Positions 38,101-49,554 of a DNA stretch of 64,000 nucleotides are shown here, in pieces (within the stretch, counting starts at the first letter, position 1; the number at the start of each line of letters is the position of its first letter). Origin of the DNA: Antedon mediterranea (taxonomy: Eukaryota; Animalia; Echinodermata); assembly GCF_964355755.1 (NCBI RefSeq), contig NC_092673.1, positions 32,113,648 through 32,177,647 on the forward strand, given 5' to 3'. The notes beneath the pieces are model-generated. The model ran no database searches, was not told where the DNA came from, and saw only the letters and a list, made by a program, of their open reading frames with translations. The position numbers were made by a program, and so were the translations under genes.

Positions 38101-39150
38101 GGAATGATAAATGAGAAATTATAAAAACGGGTACACAAAATATTCATCCGTACACAGTTTAGAGCAAATTAAAAAATATATGCCTTGCTCAAAACATTAT
38201 TTTTCCATTTTCCATGCTGCAGTATTTTATTAGCCGTACTTGTTTTGAGACTCTACATAATTAAGTTATATATTAAGCTATAATTTTTTTTTACAGTACA
38301 GTAAGTACTATAATATAATTATTGAAAGTAGTAACTTTACTTTCCCCCTTATGAAAACGGAGACCCAAGGCCAATTATGTATAGCTTTACCATACTTAAT
38401 TTATTATCATTATCATCATAAGGTAAACTAAATCATAAACATAATCAATTACCTTGGTACCTGCTCCTTCACTAGAGAGAAAGATTGTAGTTGGTCTACG
38501 TCAACACCACTATGTCTCATCCGTTTCCAGACCCAAGAGCATAGCTCATTAACGGAAGTTACGTCGGTAGATGGGAGCACCTTTATTATTCCTTGGCCGT
38601 TTCCACCTAGTTGTTTTTCAACTGGGTGGGTATCAATTATAAAATAATTTCTGCGAGTGCAACCAATTATAATTATATACCCGCCACAGGTATATAGTGC
38701 TACATTTAGCCTTTCATTTTCATTAGGATTCAGTTCGATTACAGCCTTTACAAGAGCATTCCGTCCTTCGTCTGTATATACACGTTCCTGTACAATCATC
38801 TCCTCTGTAATACTATAGGGAGAAATCAGGTTTCCATTTTTTAAGACCGTGTAGGCTTCCAGGACATCATAGAATGAAGCAATATTACGCAAATAGTTGA
38901 AAAGTCTTGGTGAATCGATAATAATATGCTCAATTGCCGATTTAATTTCTTCACCAAAAAATGTATTCCAGTTCTTGATGAGCCTATCAGCGATTATCAA
39001 CCCTAAGAAAGCACATGCATTTGTTGCATCATTTGGAATGGCTAGGCCTTCCACTGGGTCTTTGCAAATCAAACTACCTTGCTCAACTATTGTGGAGAAA
39101 TCAAACTCCTCAACAGCACTAGTTTGGCTGTACCTTAATGGGATATCCAT
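32554..39150 (-). CDS. Predicted spliced MULE protein (~1361 aa): cysteine-protease-like domain + SIM-like repeats + transposase
   Basis: Minus-strand GT-AG exons 39150-38453, 38098-38026, 37853-37752, 37198-37085, 36921-36811, 36593-36483, 36253-36140, 35897-35760, 35178-32554; total 4086 nt, phase-compatible, no internal stops. Confidence 0.7.
36140..37198 (-). repeat. Four tandem duplicated phase-0 mini-exons (111-114 bp) with flanking intron homology
   Basis: Each encodes about CPxYTTPTTSCTGLQSGIxSxDDDFTI(V)ISDDDVxCDxK. Confidence 0.85.
38453..39150 (-). CDS. Putative papain-fold protease/deubiquitinase exon (herpes tegument/VTD-like)
   Basis: 233-aa ORF ending at a splice donor; Cys motif ATNACAFL and strand-strand-YFIIDTHP (D-x-H). 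Confidence 0.55.
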
Positions 39151-40351
39151 ACCTATAAATCAGTTACTGAATTGTCCAACAGAATTCCTGCTCACCACCA
39201 GCGGATTCACATGGGTGCTATGGCCTTACAGGGACACTCGCCGTAGTTTCTTCACTGGTGTTGGTGGTGCAGACCACCTCACGTGCAGCAGGAGAAAGTA
39301 TCAAAATAAACTCGCACACAAGTTGTTGTTGCATCACCATAGTAGTAGTCCGCTACGACCTTTATGGGTCGCCGTCTCGAAATAGGTGTTGATGTTGATG
39401 TTAAGTGAAATAAATAGGCCTAAATAAAAAAAAAAATTGTTTGGAAGCAGCGAGGGGCAGTGATTTTGGTTTAAAAAAAACCCGTGTATGATAATATAAA
39501 ACGAGACTAAAAAGAGGAGAAAGAGCGATGGCTTTTAATAAAATGTATAGGTATCTGTTTTGTTTCTATTTTCTATTCATTTTTGTCCGATCCTCTTTAA
39601 TAAATCCTTTCAATTCGGACATTTCCTTCCTTTTTGGAAACGTTCAAATATTGTTCCTATTCAAAGGTGGCTATGGGAAACAAGGAAATTAATTTCCAAT
39701 TAGAGACTAATCTCGCTGTTGCTGAATGTTATGAAAAAAATATTATTATTTTTAACCACATTTTGACTGTCTGGTCTTGACCTTTTGACCGACTCATGGA
39801 ATTATATTGAAATGGAAGTGAAAATTTAGGGACTACTTGATAATAACATTAAAATTGAAACAATTCACGAACAATTCTTAGGCATAATTAAAGGTGTAGT
39901 ATAGGCAGAAATGCCTCAACGTTGGAGTAACTGCTAAACTCGGTAGAGTACCGGTACGAATTAACTATATCCTTACAACGTTATGCGATACTTTTACACA
40001 TATTGTGAGTTGATCAAAGCAGATGTGAGTCCTTTCACAGTAAACCAACACCAAACCTTACATTTTTCATAAAAACTAAATGTATATAATTATTTATTGT
40101 TCAAACTTTGGGTATTATTAGGTAATTTAATGTAGTTTTATAAAACAAAAGTCAAAAGATAACTTGAGTGTGTTCAATATAAAATATGTGGTTGTTTGTA
40201 ACATGGTGGAACATATCACGGGTGTAACATTGACATACACAGATGCAAGAAACAGATATAAAACTACAGAGGTAAGTCAATTAAATGTATTTATCTATTT
40301 TATTAAATTGCCTGAACTTAGAAAGAACACTAACAATTATGAATGCTATTC

Positions 40352-40454
40352 TTTTTAGTCGCGTGCAACGACACTACAGCTCACTATGTCGGTCGGTTGG
40401 TCGGTCGGTAAACACTAACTTGAGCACGCGACTGCAGCCATCTATGGCCTTGTT
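40352..40454 (+). mobile_element. Minimal (~100 bp) HINE/DINE-1-like element
   Basis: Subterminal IR AGTCGCGTGC/GCACGCGACT, (GTCG)n microsatellite, 3' hairpin GCCAT-ct-ATGGC, T-rich flanks. Confidence 0.65.
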
Positions 40455-40846
40455 TTTCCAAGAATCATGATAAAAACAATAAACGCTCGGAATAATCCAT
40501 TCTTACAAATCGAAACATAATTATGAATTTTTAAATAACATGGAATTATTAACAAAAATTGTTTACTAAGTTTTTATATAATTGATTTCAACCAATCACA
40601 CAACTATCTATTTAATAAAAAGCATATCATATAATATTCTTTTAGCAAAAGTCTTCTTTAATGATGCCCATGAAATACCATTGTAGTATAATGGACGAAC
40701 ATTGACATACAATTTTTAGTATTTTAGTAATTACTTTAGATTTGGAGCTGTGATAATATGAAATAAACAAAAAAGCTAATAATACATAAACAATAAATGA
40801 TTATGATAATAAAGTGTCTTTCATTAACCCTTTGCATTACAACAAG

Positions 40847-41160
40847 TTAAAGGTCTAAACAGGGTTCCCAGATAAGCTGGCCCCGATTCGAAACGGGTAT
40901 TGGTGGTGCAATAACTTTCATAACATTCTCCCAACTGTACCAGATCAAATCTTTCTCACCATCAGGCCATATCCAATACAGTCAACTTCAGTGTTAGTGT
41001 TTATTATCTGTGTGACAACACCTGGATATTGCATAGTACCATAATTGACTACTACCCAGTCATTGCACTTCCAAGGTAGGACATCATCCACCAATGGTGC
41101 TTCATTAGACAAATCAGGAACTATAGGTTCTTAGTCAATGCCGTACAACTTTCAGCAGTA
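40847..41160 (-). pseudogene. Frameshifted Tudor-like terminal exon fragment (transposase C-terminus type)
   Basis: WVVVNYGTMQYPGVVTQIINTNTEVDC / frameshift / YWIWPDGEKDLIWYSWENVMKVIAPPIPVSNRG...*. Confidence 0.5.
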
Positions 41161-42709
41161 CCTGTATGTAAGATATTATATTTTTTAGAGTATTAACTAA
41201 AATGGTTATTATCAAATCAAATCACTTTATTTCATCCTCAACAGGAAAATAATTTAAGTGCATTACATACTGTACGGTAGTATTACATACATTTAGATGT
41301 TATGCTATCCATTAAGAAAAGTCGATATAAATGAAATGTGCTGGACCATGCAAGTTAGATATTTACTCTGTGCATATGGCTTCGGTAATGTTTGGTTCAA
41401 ACAATATATATTGTCAATTTCTCAATTCAATGACTCTAACTTAAGGGTTACAAACAAAAAACACATTCTTAGTTGAAATATTATCGTTTATTAAACATGA
41501 CATCATAAGTAGGCCTAGAGTTACCATATTATTGTGAATGTTCATAATCTTAAGTCGGCCTACATTATTATTTTAACTAAATTTCACCTTGGATTTTTAA
41601 AACTCGAAACCTAAAAGGCGATTTAGAGGGCTATTCCCGTTACCTGTATCATACAAAGTTTTTTTGTTTCGTTTTCTTTCCCGTTTTTATACTTGTACTA
41701 TTATTTTTTGCTCTTTTGGCGCTCCATAGAAACGAATATTGAGCATGGAGAGGAGTTAGAGTATACAAAGAAACACGTCTGAAAAATCATCAATTTAAAG
41801 GATTTATTTATTTGTTTGTATGTGTTTCTCCTTCTTAAAGTACTTATAAGTCTTAATTTTAAAGTGTGGTATTCAGGATAAAGTTAGTTAACAAATTTGA
41901 AGTCAAAATTACAAGGCAGGTGCGAAAGAAAAACATCCTCCAAACCAACACAATGGAGTAAATATATACCAACAAACAACCCGTCAAATTTGTTTGTTGT
42001 AAAGAAAAAATATATATTTACTCAACGGCCGAAAATAATGTGAGTTTATCTATGTTTTGCGGTAAGTATTTAATTATATTTATGGTAGTAAATGAAACCT
42101 ACTGTGTTTAAAATTATGTATGGATAAACAAGTATTGTTTTTAAGCTGTAGTATATCTTAGATTTTGTAATCTTAGTCTTAGGTCTTAGCTTTCGTGATC
42201 TTAGGTCTTAGGGGGTCTGAGCTTTCGTGGTCTGAGGTTTCGTGACACCCTATTAATTTCAAAAGAATCTTTGACATTTAGACCTTACAACTTTATAACA
42301 CAAGTTAATTTGATTTATTTCTGAGACTATCCCTTTTCACATCTGTATAAATTTGTTCTCTTGATTTATTCAACGTTTTCATACACGCATCGCAAACTGT
42401 GAGAAATCTCGGAAGGAAAGCATAGTTGTGTGCTATGATTGGTCAATTTAAAATCAGGGAAATACATGCGCGAACAGCAACAACTCGGGACATCTCGGAA
42501 CAAAACATCTTGGAAGATTTCCAGAAAATTGTCTTAACACTATGCAAACCTAATAACAACTTGTTGATATAAGAGTCTTAGCGGCTTCAACAAACATCTA
42601 TTGTAGCAACTAAATATTTCCCATATTGAACTAAAAAACTTTGAAGCCATTTTAAGTTAAGATTGTGCCCTTTAATTCCTTTAAATACTAAAATAGTTTT
42701 ACACTATTG

Positions 42710-43427
42710 TTCATCAAAGTTTTTTTTTTAATATTTTGTATGACATAATTGTTGTGGACAATGAAAAAACAGCAATTATAATGATGGGATTATGGGGTAA
42801 ACATAATAAAAATGAAAAAAAGAGCTAATATTCGAGAGATGAATCATCATCATGATGATAAATAACCTTCTTTAAATTAGTTTAATAATGAAATGTCGGG
42901 GATGGATTTAAATAACTTTGGTAACTTTATATTTGCATAATTAAAAAATAACTTACTTTTTCAGTAGTTGGGTATTGTGCAACACAAATGCTAGGAACAT
43001 GTTGTAGGCCGGGTAATCTCTGATACAGCTCCTCTGTAAGGTAAGGCATGAAGGGGCTTAGAAGCCTCAGGCCTGCCTCAATACACATGAACAGTACAGA
43101 GCGTGAAACATTACCAGAGCCTGATTCATCATTATATAATGAAGGCTTGATGGTCTCCTTTGTATAATAAAAAGTTTTTATTGTTTGGTAGGGCCCTTTG
43201 GGGAGGCGGGGTTTATTTGAGGGAGGTGCTTACTCGAGGGATATATGTTAAATTTTTTACTTTTAATAATATGGTAACATTTATAATCAAAAGAAATCCT
43301 CTAATAGATATGAAAAGTGGTAAAAAAGAATAACAAATGCGGGTAAATTGTAGATAACAGTGCGATGAATTCTACTACAAATAGTATAATTGTGTTATTA
43401 TAAATGTGGATGGACGTTTATTAGATA
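42710..43427 (-). pseudogene. Inverted duplicate containing one ValRS-like exon (42957-43157)
   Basis: Reverse complement of ~27948-28970 with an internal deletion; exon [15 protein letters not shown]...[17 protein letters not shown] keeps its AG/GT sites. Confidence 0.85.
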
Positions 43428-44345
43428 TAATTTGTGACGTAGCAAGTAGTCTTTATTATAGACCATTGCTATATCGCGGTCTAACCTATAAGCGGTCTTT
43501 AAAATTAATGCCTACTCGAAGGAGTCTTAAAAGAGTCTTAAACCTCTCTTTTTTGTTGCTTTTATGTATTATTGTGAAAGACAGCCAATTGAACAAGTTT
43601 TAAGTGTTAAGTCAAATAATAATGGTGATTTTATTCTTAGCCTAGAATAGTTTAGACTGTTTTATAGCAATGGTCTAACAGGAGTGGCTTTAGTAAGACC
43701 ATCTATCTCATTCCGATAAAGCCGGCTATAATCGGAGAGTTAAGACCATCAGGTAAAACTGTTTTATAGCAATCCACCCTGGGTTCTAGCCCGTAATTAG
43801 TTAAGATAAATATTTTGGCACATATGGCGTTTCATGCGTATAATATAATACTCAAGCCTAAATTTGAACTAGTAAATTTTGCTGCAGCGAAAAATCGAAG
43901 GAACTAGATTCGTTGCAGGAGGGAGTATAACAGACAGAAACTCAAATACGCATGGGCTTAGCATGACGCTTTCAAAAAAATTCAACAAAAATGTAAGTAA
44001 ACAAGTATGATTACTGCAACAAAAATGCTTATTTATTTAAGTACAATGGTATTATTGTCAAAGATTGAAGTTCAGTGGTGCCCTTTTCATATTTCCCCCT
44101 CAAGGTCTACTATTATTTATTTCTTGCAATTCATACTGTATTGAAAACAGGAACAATAATGTAAAACTATTTTAGTATTTAAAGCAAACACTACTAAATC
44201 CAAGTTCAATTGTTAGATATGGATGGTAGCATGTTATGCTTTAAATATTTTGTACAAAAGATTACTCTATTCAGTGTTTAGACTGGCAAAAGAAGTTTTC
44301 TTGCTCTAGGGTAAATTATTCATTTTAAATAAAGCAATCTGGGTG

Positions 44346-46704
44346 GGGTGTCACGAAACCTAAGACCACAAAAGCTAAGACCCCTAAGACCTAAGATCAC
44401 AAAAGCTAAGACCCAAGACCTAAGATTACAAATTCTAAGATATACTACAGCTTAAAAACAATACTTGTTTATCCATACATAATTTTAAACACAGTAGGTT
44501 TCATTTATTACCATAAATATAATTAAATACTACCGCAAAACATAGATCAACTCACATTATTTTCGCCCATTGAGTAAATGTATAGTTTTTCTTTACAACA
44601 AACAAACTTGACGGGTTGTTTGTTGGTATATATTTACTCCATTGTGTTGGTTCAGAGAATGTTTTTCTTACGCACCTGCCTTTCTTGTATTTTTACTCCA
44701 AATTTGTTGACTAACTTTATCCTGAATACCACACTTTAAAATTAGGATTTATAAGTACTTTCAGAAGGAGAAACACATAAAAACAAATAAATACATCCTT
44801 TAAATTGATGATTTTACAGACATGTTTCTTTGTATACTCATAGAGATAACTCTTCGAGCTGGGTGTCACGAAACCTAAGACCACGAAAGCTAAAACCCCC
44901 TAAGACCTAAGATCACGAAAGCTAAGACACAACACTTAAGATTACAAATACTAAGATATACTACAGCTTAAAAACAATACTTGTTTATCCATACGCAATT
45001 TTAAACACAGTAGGTTTAATTTATTACCATAAATATAATTTAATACTACCGCAAAATATAGATAAACTCACATTATTTTCGCCCGTTGAGTAAATGTATA
45101 TTTTTTCTTTACAACAAACAAACTTGACGGGTTGTTTGTTGGTATATTATTTACTCCATTGTGTTGGTTCAGAGGATGTTTTTCTTACGCACCTGCCTTT
45201 CTTGTATTTTGACTCCAAATTTTGTGACTAACTTTATCCTGAACACCACACTTTAAAATTAGGACTTATAAGTACTTTCAGAAGAAGAAACACATAATAA
45301 AAAATAAATAAATCCTTTAAATTGATGATTTTACAGATGTGTTTCTTTGTATACTGTAATGTAACTCCTCGAGCTCCCCCCATGCTCAATGTTTTTGTTT
45401 CTAAGGAGCGCCAAAAAAGCAACAATAATAGTACAAGTATAAAAACAGAAAGAAAATGAAACAAAAAAACTTATTTTTAAATTAAAATTTATTTGCCAGT
45501 ATTTATTTCTTCGTACTTGCATGATTATACTATTATCATTACAATTTTAATTTTACATTGTTCCATCCACACTGTAGATGGACTCCACAGAGTTTTCAGC
45601 CCTCTATATAAGTAAGTACAAGTATAAAAACAGAAAGAAAATGAAACAAAAAAACTTATTTTTCAATTAAAATTTATTTGCCAGTATTTATTTCTTCGTA
45701 CTTGCATGATTATACTATTATCATTACAATTTTAATTTTACATTGTTCCATCCACACTGTAGATGGACTCCACAGAGTTTTCAGCCCTCTATATAATGTT
45801 TGCTCTTTTGACGTTCCATAGAAACAAAAACATTGAACATGGGGTAGGCCTACTGTACTCTAGGCTAGTCATTTTGTGTGCGAGAAAAAGGTCTGTAAAA
45901 TCATCAATTTAAAAATGTATTTGTTAATTTTTATGCGATTCTTTTTCATGAAAGTGCCAATTCTAAGGTGTGGTTTTCAGAATAAATGTTTGGAGTTAAA
46001 ATACAAGGCAGGTGCGAAAGATAAATATTTGTAATCTTAGGTCTTGGGTCTTAGCTTTTGTGATCTTAGGTCTTAGGGGGTCTTAGCTTCCGTGGTCTTA
46101 GGTTTCGTGACACCCTCCTCGAGCTCCCCCCATGCTTAATGTTTTTGTTTCTATGAAGCGCCAAAAGAGCAACATATAGTACAAGTATAAAAACAGAAAG
46201 AAAACGAAACAAAAAAACTTATTATCATGATTTTTAAATTGAAATTTATTTGCCAGTATTTCTTTCTTCGTACTTGCATGATATACTATTATCATTACAA
46301 TTTTAATTTTACATTGTTCCATCCACACTGATGATGGACTCCACAGAGTTTTCAGCCCTCTATATAATTTTTGCTCTTTTGACGTTCCATAGAAACAAAA
46401 ACATTGAACAGGGGTAGGCCTACTGTACTCTGTAGGCTAGTCATGCGAAATTCGCAAACAGTTTGTGTGCGAGAAAAACGTCTGTAAAATCATCAATTTA
46501 AAATTGTATTTGTTACTTTTTATGTGATTCTTTTTCATAAAAGTGCCAATTCTAAGGTGTGGTATTCAGAATAAATGTTGGGAGTTAAAATACAAGGCAG
46601 ATGCGAAAGATAAATATTTGTAATCTTAGGTCTTGGGTCTTAGCTTTCGTGATCTTAGGTCTTAGGGGGTCTTAGCTTTCGTGGTCTTAGGTTTCGTGAC
46701 ACCC
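44346..46704. mobile_element. Non-autonomous MULE MITE (outer), same TIR family as 30563-42250
   Basis: GGGTGTCACGAAACC TIRs; perfect 10-bp TSD AATCTGGGTG (44336-44345, 46705-46714). Confidence 0.92.
44861..46115. mobile_element. Non-autonomous MULE MITE (inner, nested in its own family)
   Basis: Same TIRs; 10-bp TSD TC(T/C)TCGAGCT (44851-44860, 46116-46125); internal ~180-bp tandem duplication at ~45433-45795. Confidence 0.9.
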
Positions 46705-49195
46705 AATCTGGGTGCATAGTATCTAGGTAAATTAAGTACCTGGATAGTAAATCATCAAACCATAATAGATTTAACTATCGAGGTGGGGAGACTGAATAAT
46801 GTTGCGTAAGATACATTGTATCTATATATAATATTATTATTAGTCCAGTCAATCTAGCAAATATAAGGGGGTGACCCACCACTAATTGCAAAAGAATTTA
46901 TTTCACTGCAGTGCATTTCAGCATGGCTCCCTAATCAACATACTAAAAGTCCCCAAAAATCTAAGCATGGGAAATTTGCTAATTTGCATAATATGCAAAT
47001 TAGCTTCCGCCATTAGAAAAACATCAAAATATTGCCATAACTTTGGATTGAAATGTCCAATTGAAACAAATTAAGTGTTCAAAGGTATGTTGTCATGGTC
47101 AGTGAACAAGATCAACATACTTTTAAATTAATTATTTGATTCTAATTTGCATAATATGCAAATTAGTTATCAAAATTGTGTAAAACAGATCAGAATTTAT
47201 GCTAAAAGTTTAGTTTGGATGGTCTGATTTAAACAATTAAATGTTTAGAAGTATTAATGACCAATTACCATGATAGCCATACTTTTATTTCAATTCAGTA
47301 TAATGCATATAATTTACATAATATGCAAATTAGCTCATAAATAGAAGTGCCTTTATTCTGTGTATAAACATTAGACTGGAAGCACCTAACTAAATAAGCA
47401 AGTAAGGTTTTGGCAGAAAATATAAATGAACTAGAGGTCATATATCAGAAAGTCAGCAAAAGTATTCATAATTATATAAACAAGACAGTCATACCCTTAA
47501 TTAAATTACAGTTTATGAATATTTACAAAATATGCAAATTACCAATAGACTGGATACACAAAATACACAACAAACAAGTGGGGTTTTCCTGAATACATGA
47601 ACCATATAAAAAAGTCATCACATCTGTGTGTGAATATTGTACATCATGGATTTCAGGCTTTACCATACATTGCATCCAGATTGTTAATAGGAATCAGTTA
47701 TATAGATCTTAACGTAAACAAAAAAGAAGCTTAAAATGAACTCCCAAGAGAGCAACAGAGAATTTGCTTGTAAGTGAAAAAACCCTGGTCTGACAGCTGT
47801 CTACTGGCGGTATTGAATAGGTACTACCTAGGCCATCCATTATGATAAAGCCGTGTAGGATTATTAGTGGCAGAAAGGAATGACACATTCTCAGAACGTC
47901 ACCCACTTCTTATAATAACTTTGATTAACTGTTGTATATTTTTTAAAGGACTATATTTGTTTAAATCATTTATCGATCAAAAATGGGTTGAAATCTTAAA
48001 GTAATGTTTCTATGAATTAAAGAGTAGGAGAATGGTGTATCATCCGCAAGTCCCCTAGTATGAATGTGTATATAGGATATTCTACCATAATTATTACAAT
48101 AAAACTTCTATATACAGTCAAAATGATTTTAATATATATATTTTTATCATTGTTTAATAAAAAAAAAAAGATTCGCGCCTTAGTTTCATTTTTTATGAAT
48201 TGCAGATTTGGCTGTGTGTGTTTTCTGCAATAAAAGTTTAGATGGTCAGGAAACAGTAATCGTACGAGAAAAGGGTAGTGATAGTATCAATAGGGCCAGT
48301 GAGCAACAAAGAAGTAGTATAAGAACTCATAAAGGTCAGCGGGTACATACTCAATGTCGTCGGGTTTTTACTCATCCACGAACAATAACAAATGCACAGA
48401 CAAAATTAAATGAGCTGGATCAGCCATCACCAAGTATCCTTCGTTCTGAAACACCAACATTTTCTTTTGACAAGCATTGCTTGTTTTGTGGCAAACCAGC
48501 TACTTACAATGAGAAAAAGCGTGAAGGTATGGATGTCTTTCCTGTAAGAACTACATCATTCCAAAGTAGTGTCATACGTTTATGTGAAGAACGGAAAGAC
48601 GAGTGGTCAACATTGGTTAGTAGCAGAATTGCATTTGCCCGTGATCTCATTGCCGCTGATGGAATTTACCATCAGAGCTGTAATGTAAATTTCAGAACAG
48701 GTAAACAGGTTCCACAGCAACACTCCTCTGGACTAGGCAGTATTGCAAAGCAACCAACGCTTGGAAGACCGAAAGAAGCAGAAAGGTATGAAGCATTTCT
48801 GTTGGTGGCAAAATACCTTGAGGAAAATGATGATGAACAAATTACAATAACAGACCTGATTAAAAAAATGGAAAGTCTTTTGGATACAAATATTTTAGCC
48901 TATAGCTTTACACACATGAAAAATAATTTGCTTCAACATTTTGGTGACAGTATTATAATTGCTGAGGTAAATGGAAAACAAAATGTTGTAACGTTTAGAG
49001 GAACCGCTGTGAACATCCTCCATGACTTTTATCAGGAACAGAAAAATAAGGACCCGTATATGGAGAAGATTCGAATGATAAGTACAGTTGCTAAACTTTT
49101 AAAGAGTGATATTAAGTCAGTTGAGTCTGTGAATGATATATATCCAACCAGAAAACAGATGTCATCAACAGCGACAGCATTAGAGTTCATCCCAA

Positions 49196-49356
49196 CGCCA
49201 GTCTAGTGCCCCCTATCTGGGTAGACTTATATATCATGGCCGCTGGTTGTTATGTTATTGTTGTGATATTTGGTTTTGACCAATAAAGATCTTATTCTAC
49301 TTGAGTCTTACGTGTCCGGTCGTCTTTATTGTGGTGTGCCTTTTGCCTTACTGGCG
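49196..49356 (+). repeat. 5' LTR
   Basis: CGCCAGT...ACTGGCG; TATA-like TTATATAT and AATAAA inside. Confidence 0.93.
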
Positions 49357-49366
49357 TGGTGGCAGC
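49357..49366 (+). promoter_or_regulatory. Primer binding site (tRNA-Leu-like)
   Basis: TGGTGGCAGC directly after the 5' LTR, complementary to the ...GCUGCCACCA 3' end typical of animal tRNA-Leu(AAG/UAG). Confidence 0.7.
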
Positions 49367-49554
49367 TATACGATTACGAGCCCACCCACCATTATTCGAC
49401 TATTACTGGTGAGTAGCCTACCTAATCTAGTAGGCCTAGCCCAACAAATCGAGCTAGCATATCATCACATACTCTACGCTTTCACAGGCGCCGATCGGCT
49501 GTTGCTTCACACGTGCAACTGACAACACCTAGACTTCTGTATACATTTCTTACC

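Larger units (their letters stand above)
30563..42250 (-). mobile_element. Full-length Mutator/MULE DNA transposon (11.7 kb)
   Basis: TIR GGGTGTCACGAAACCTCAGACCACGAAAGCTCAGACCCCCTAAGACC... (~69 bp exact, longer imperfect); perfect 10-bp TSD TATTAATTTC at 30553-30562 and 42251-42260; encodes a MULE transposase. Confidence 0.93.

Noticed and set aside
38897-39385. 162-aa plus-strand ORF
   Set aside because: Largely antisense to the protease-like exon; no motifs
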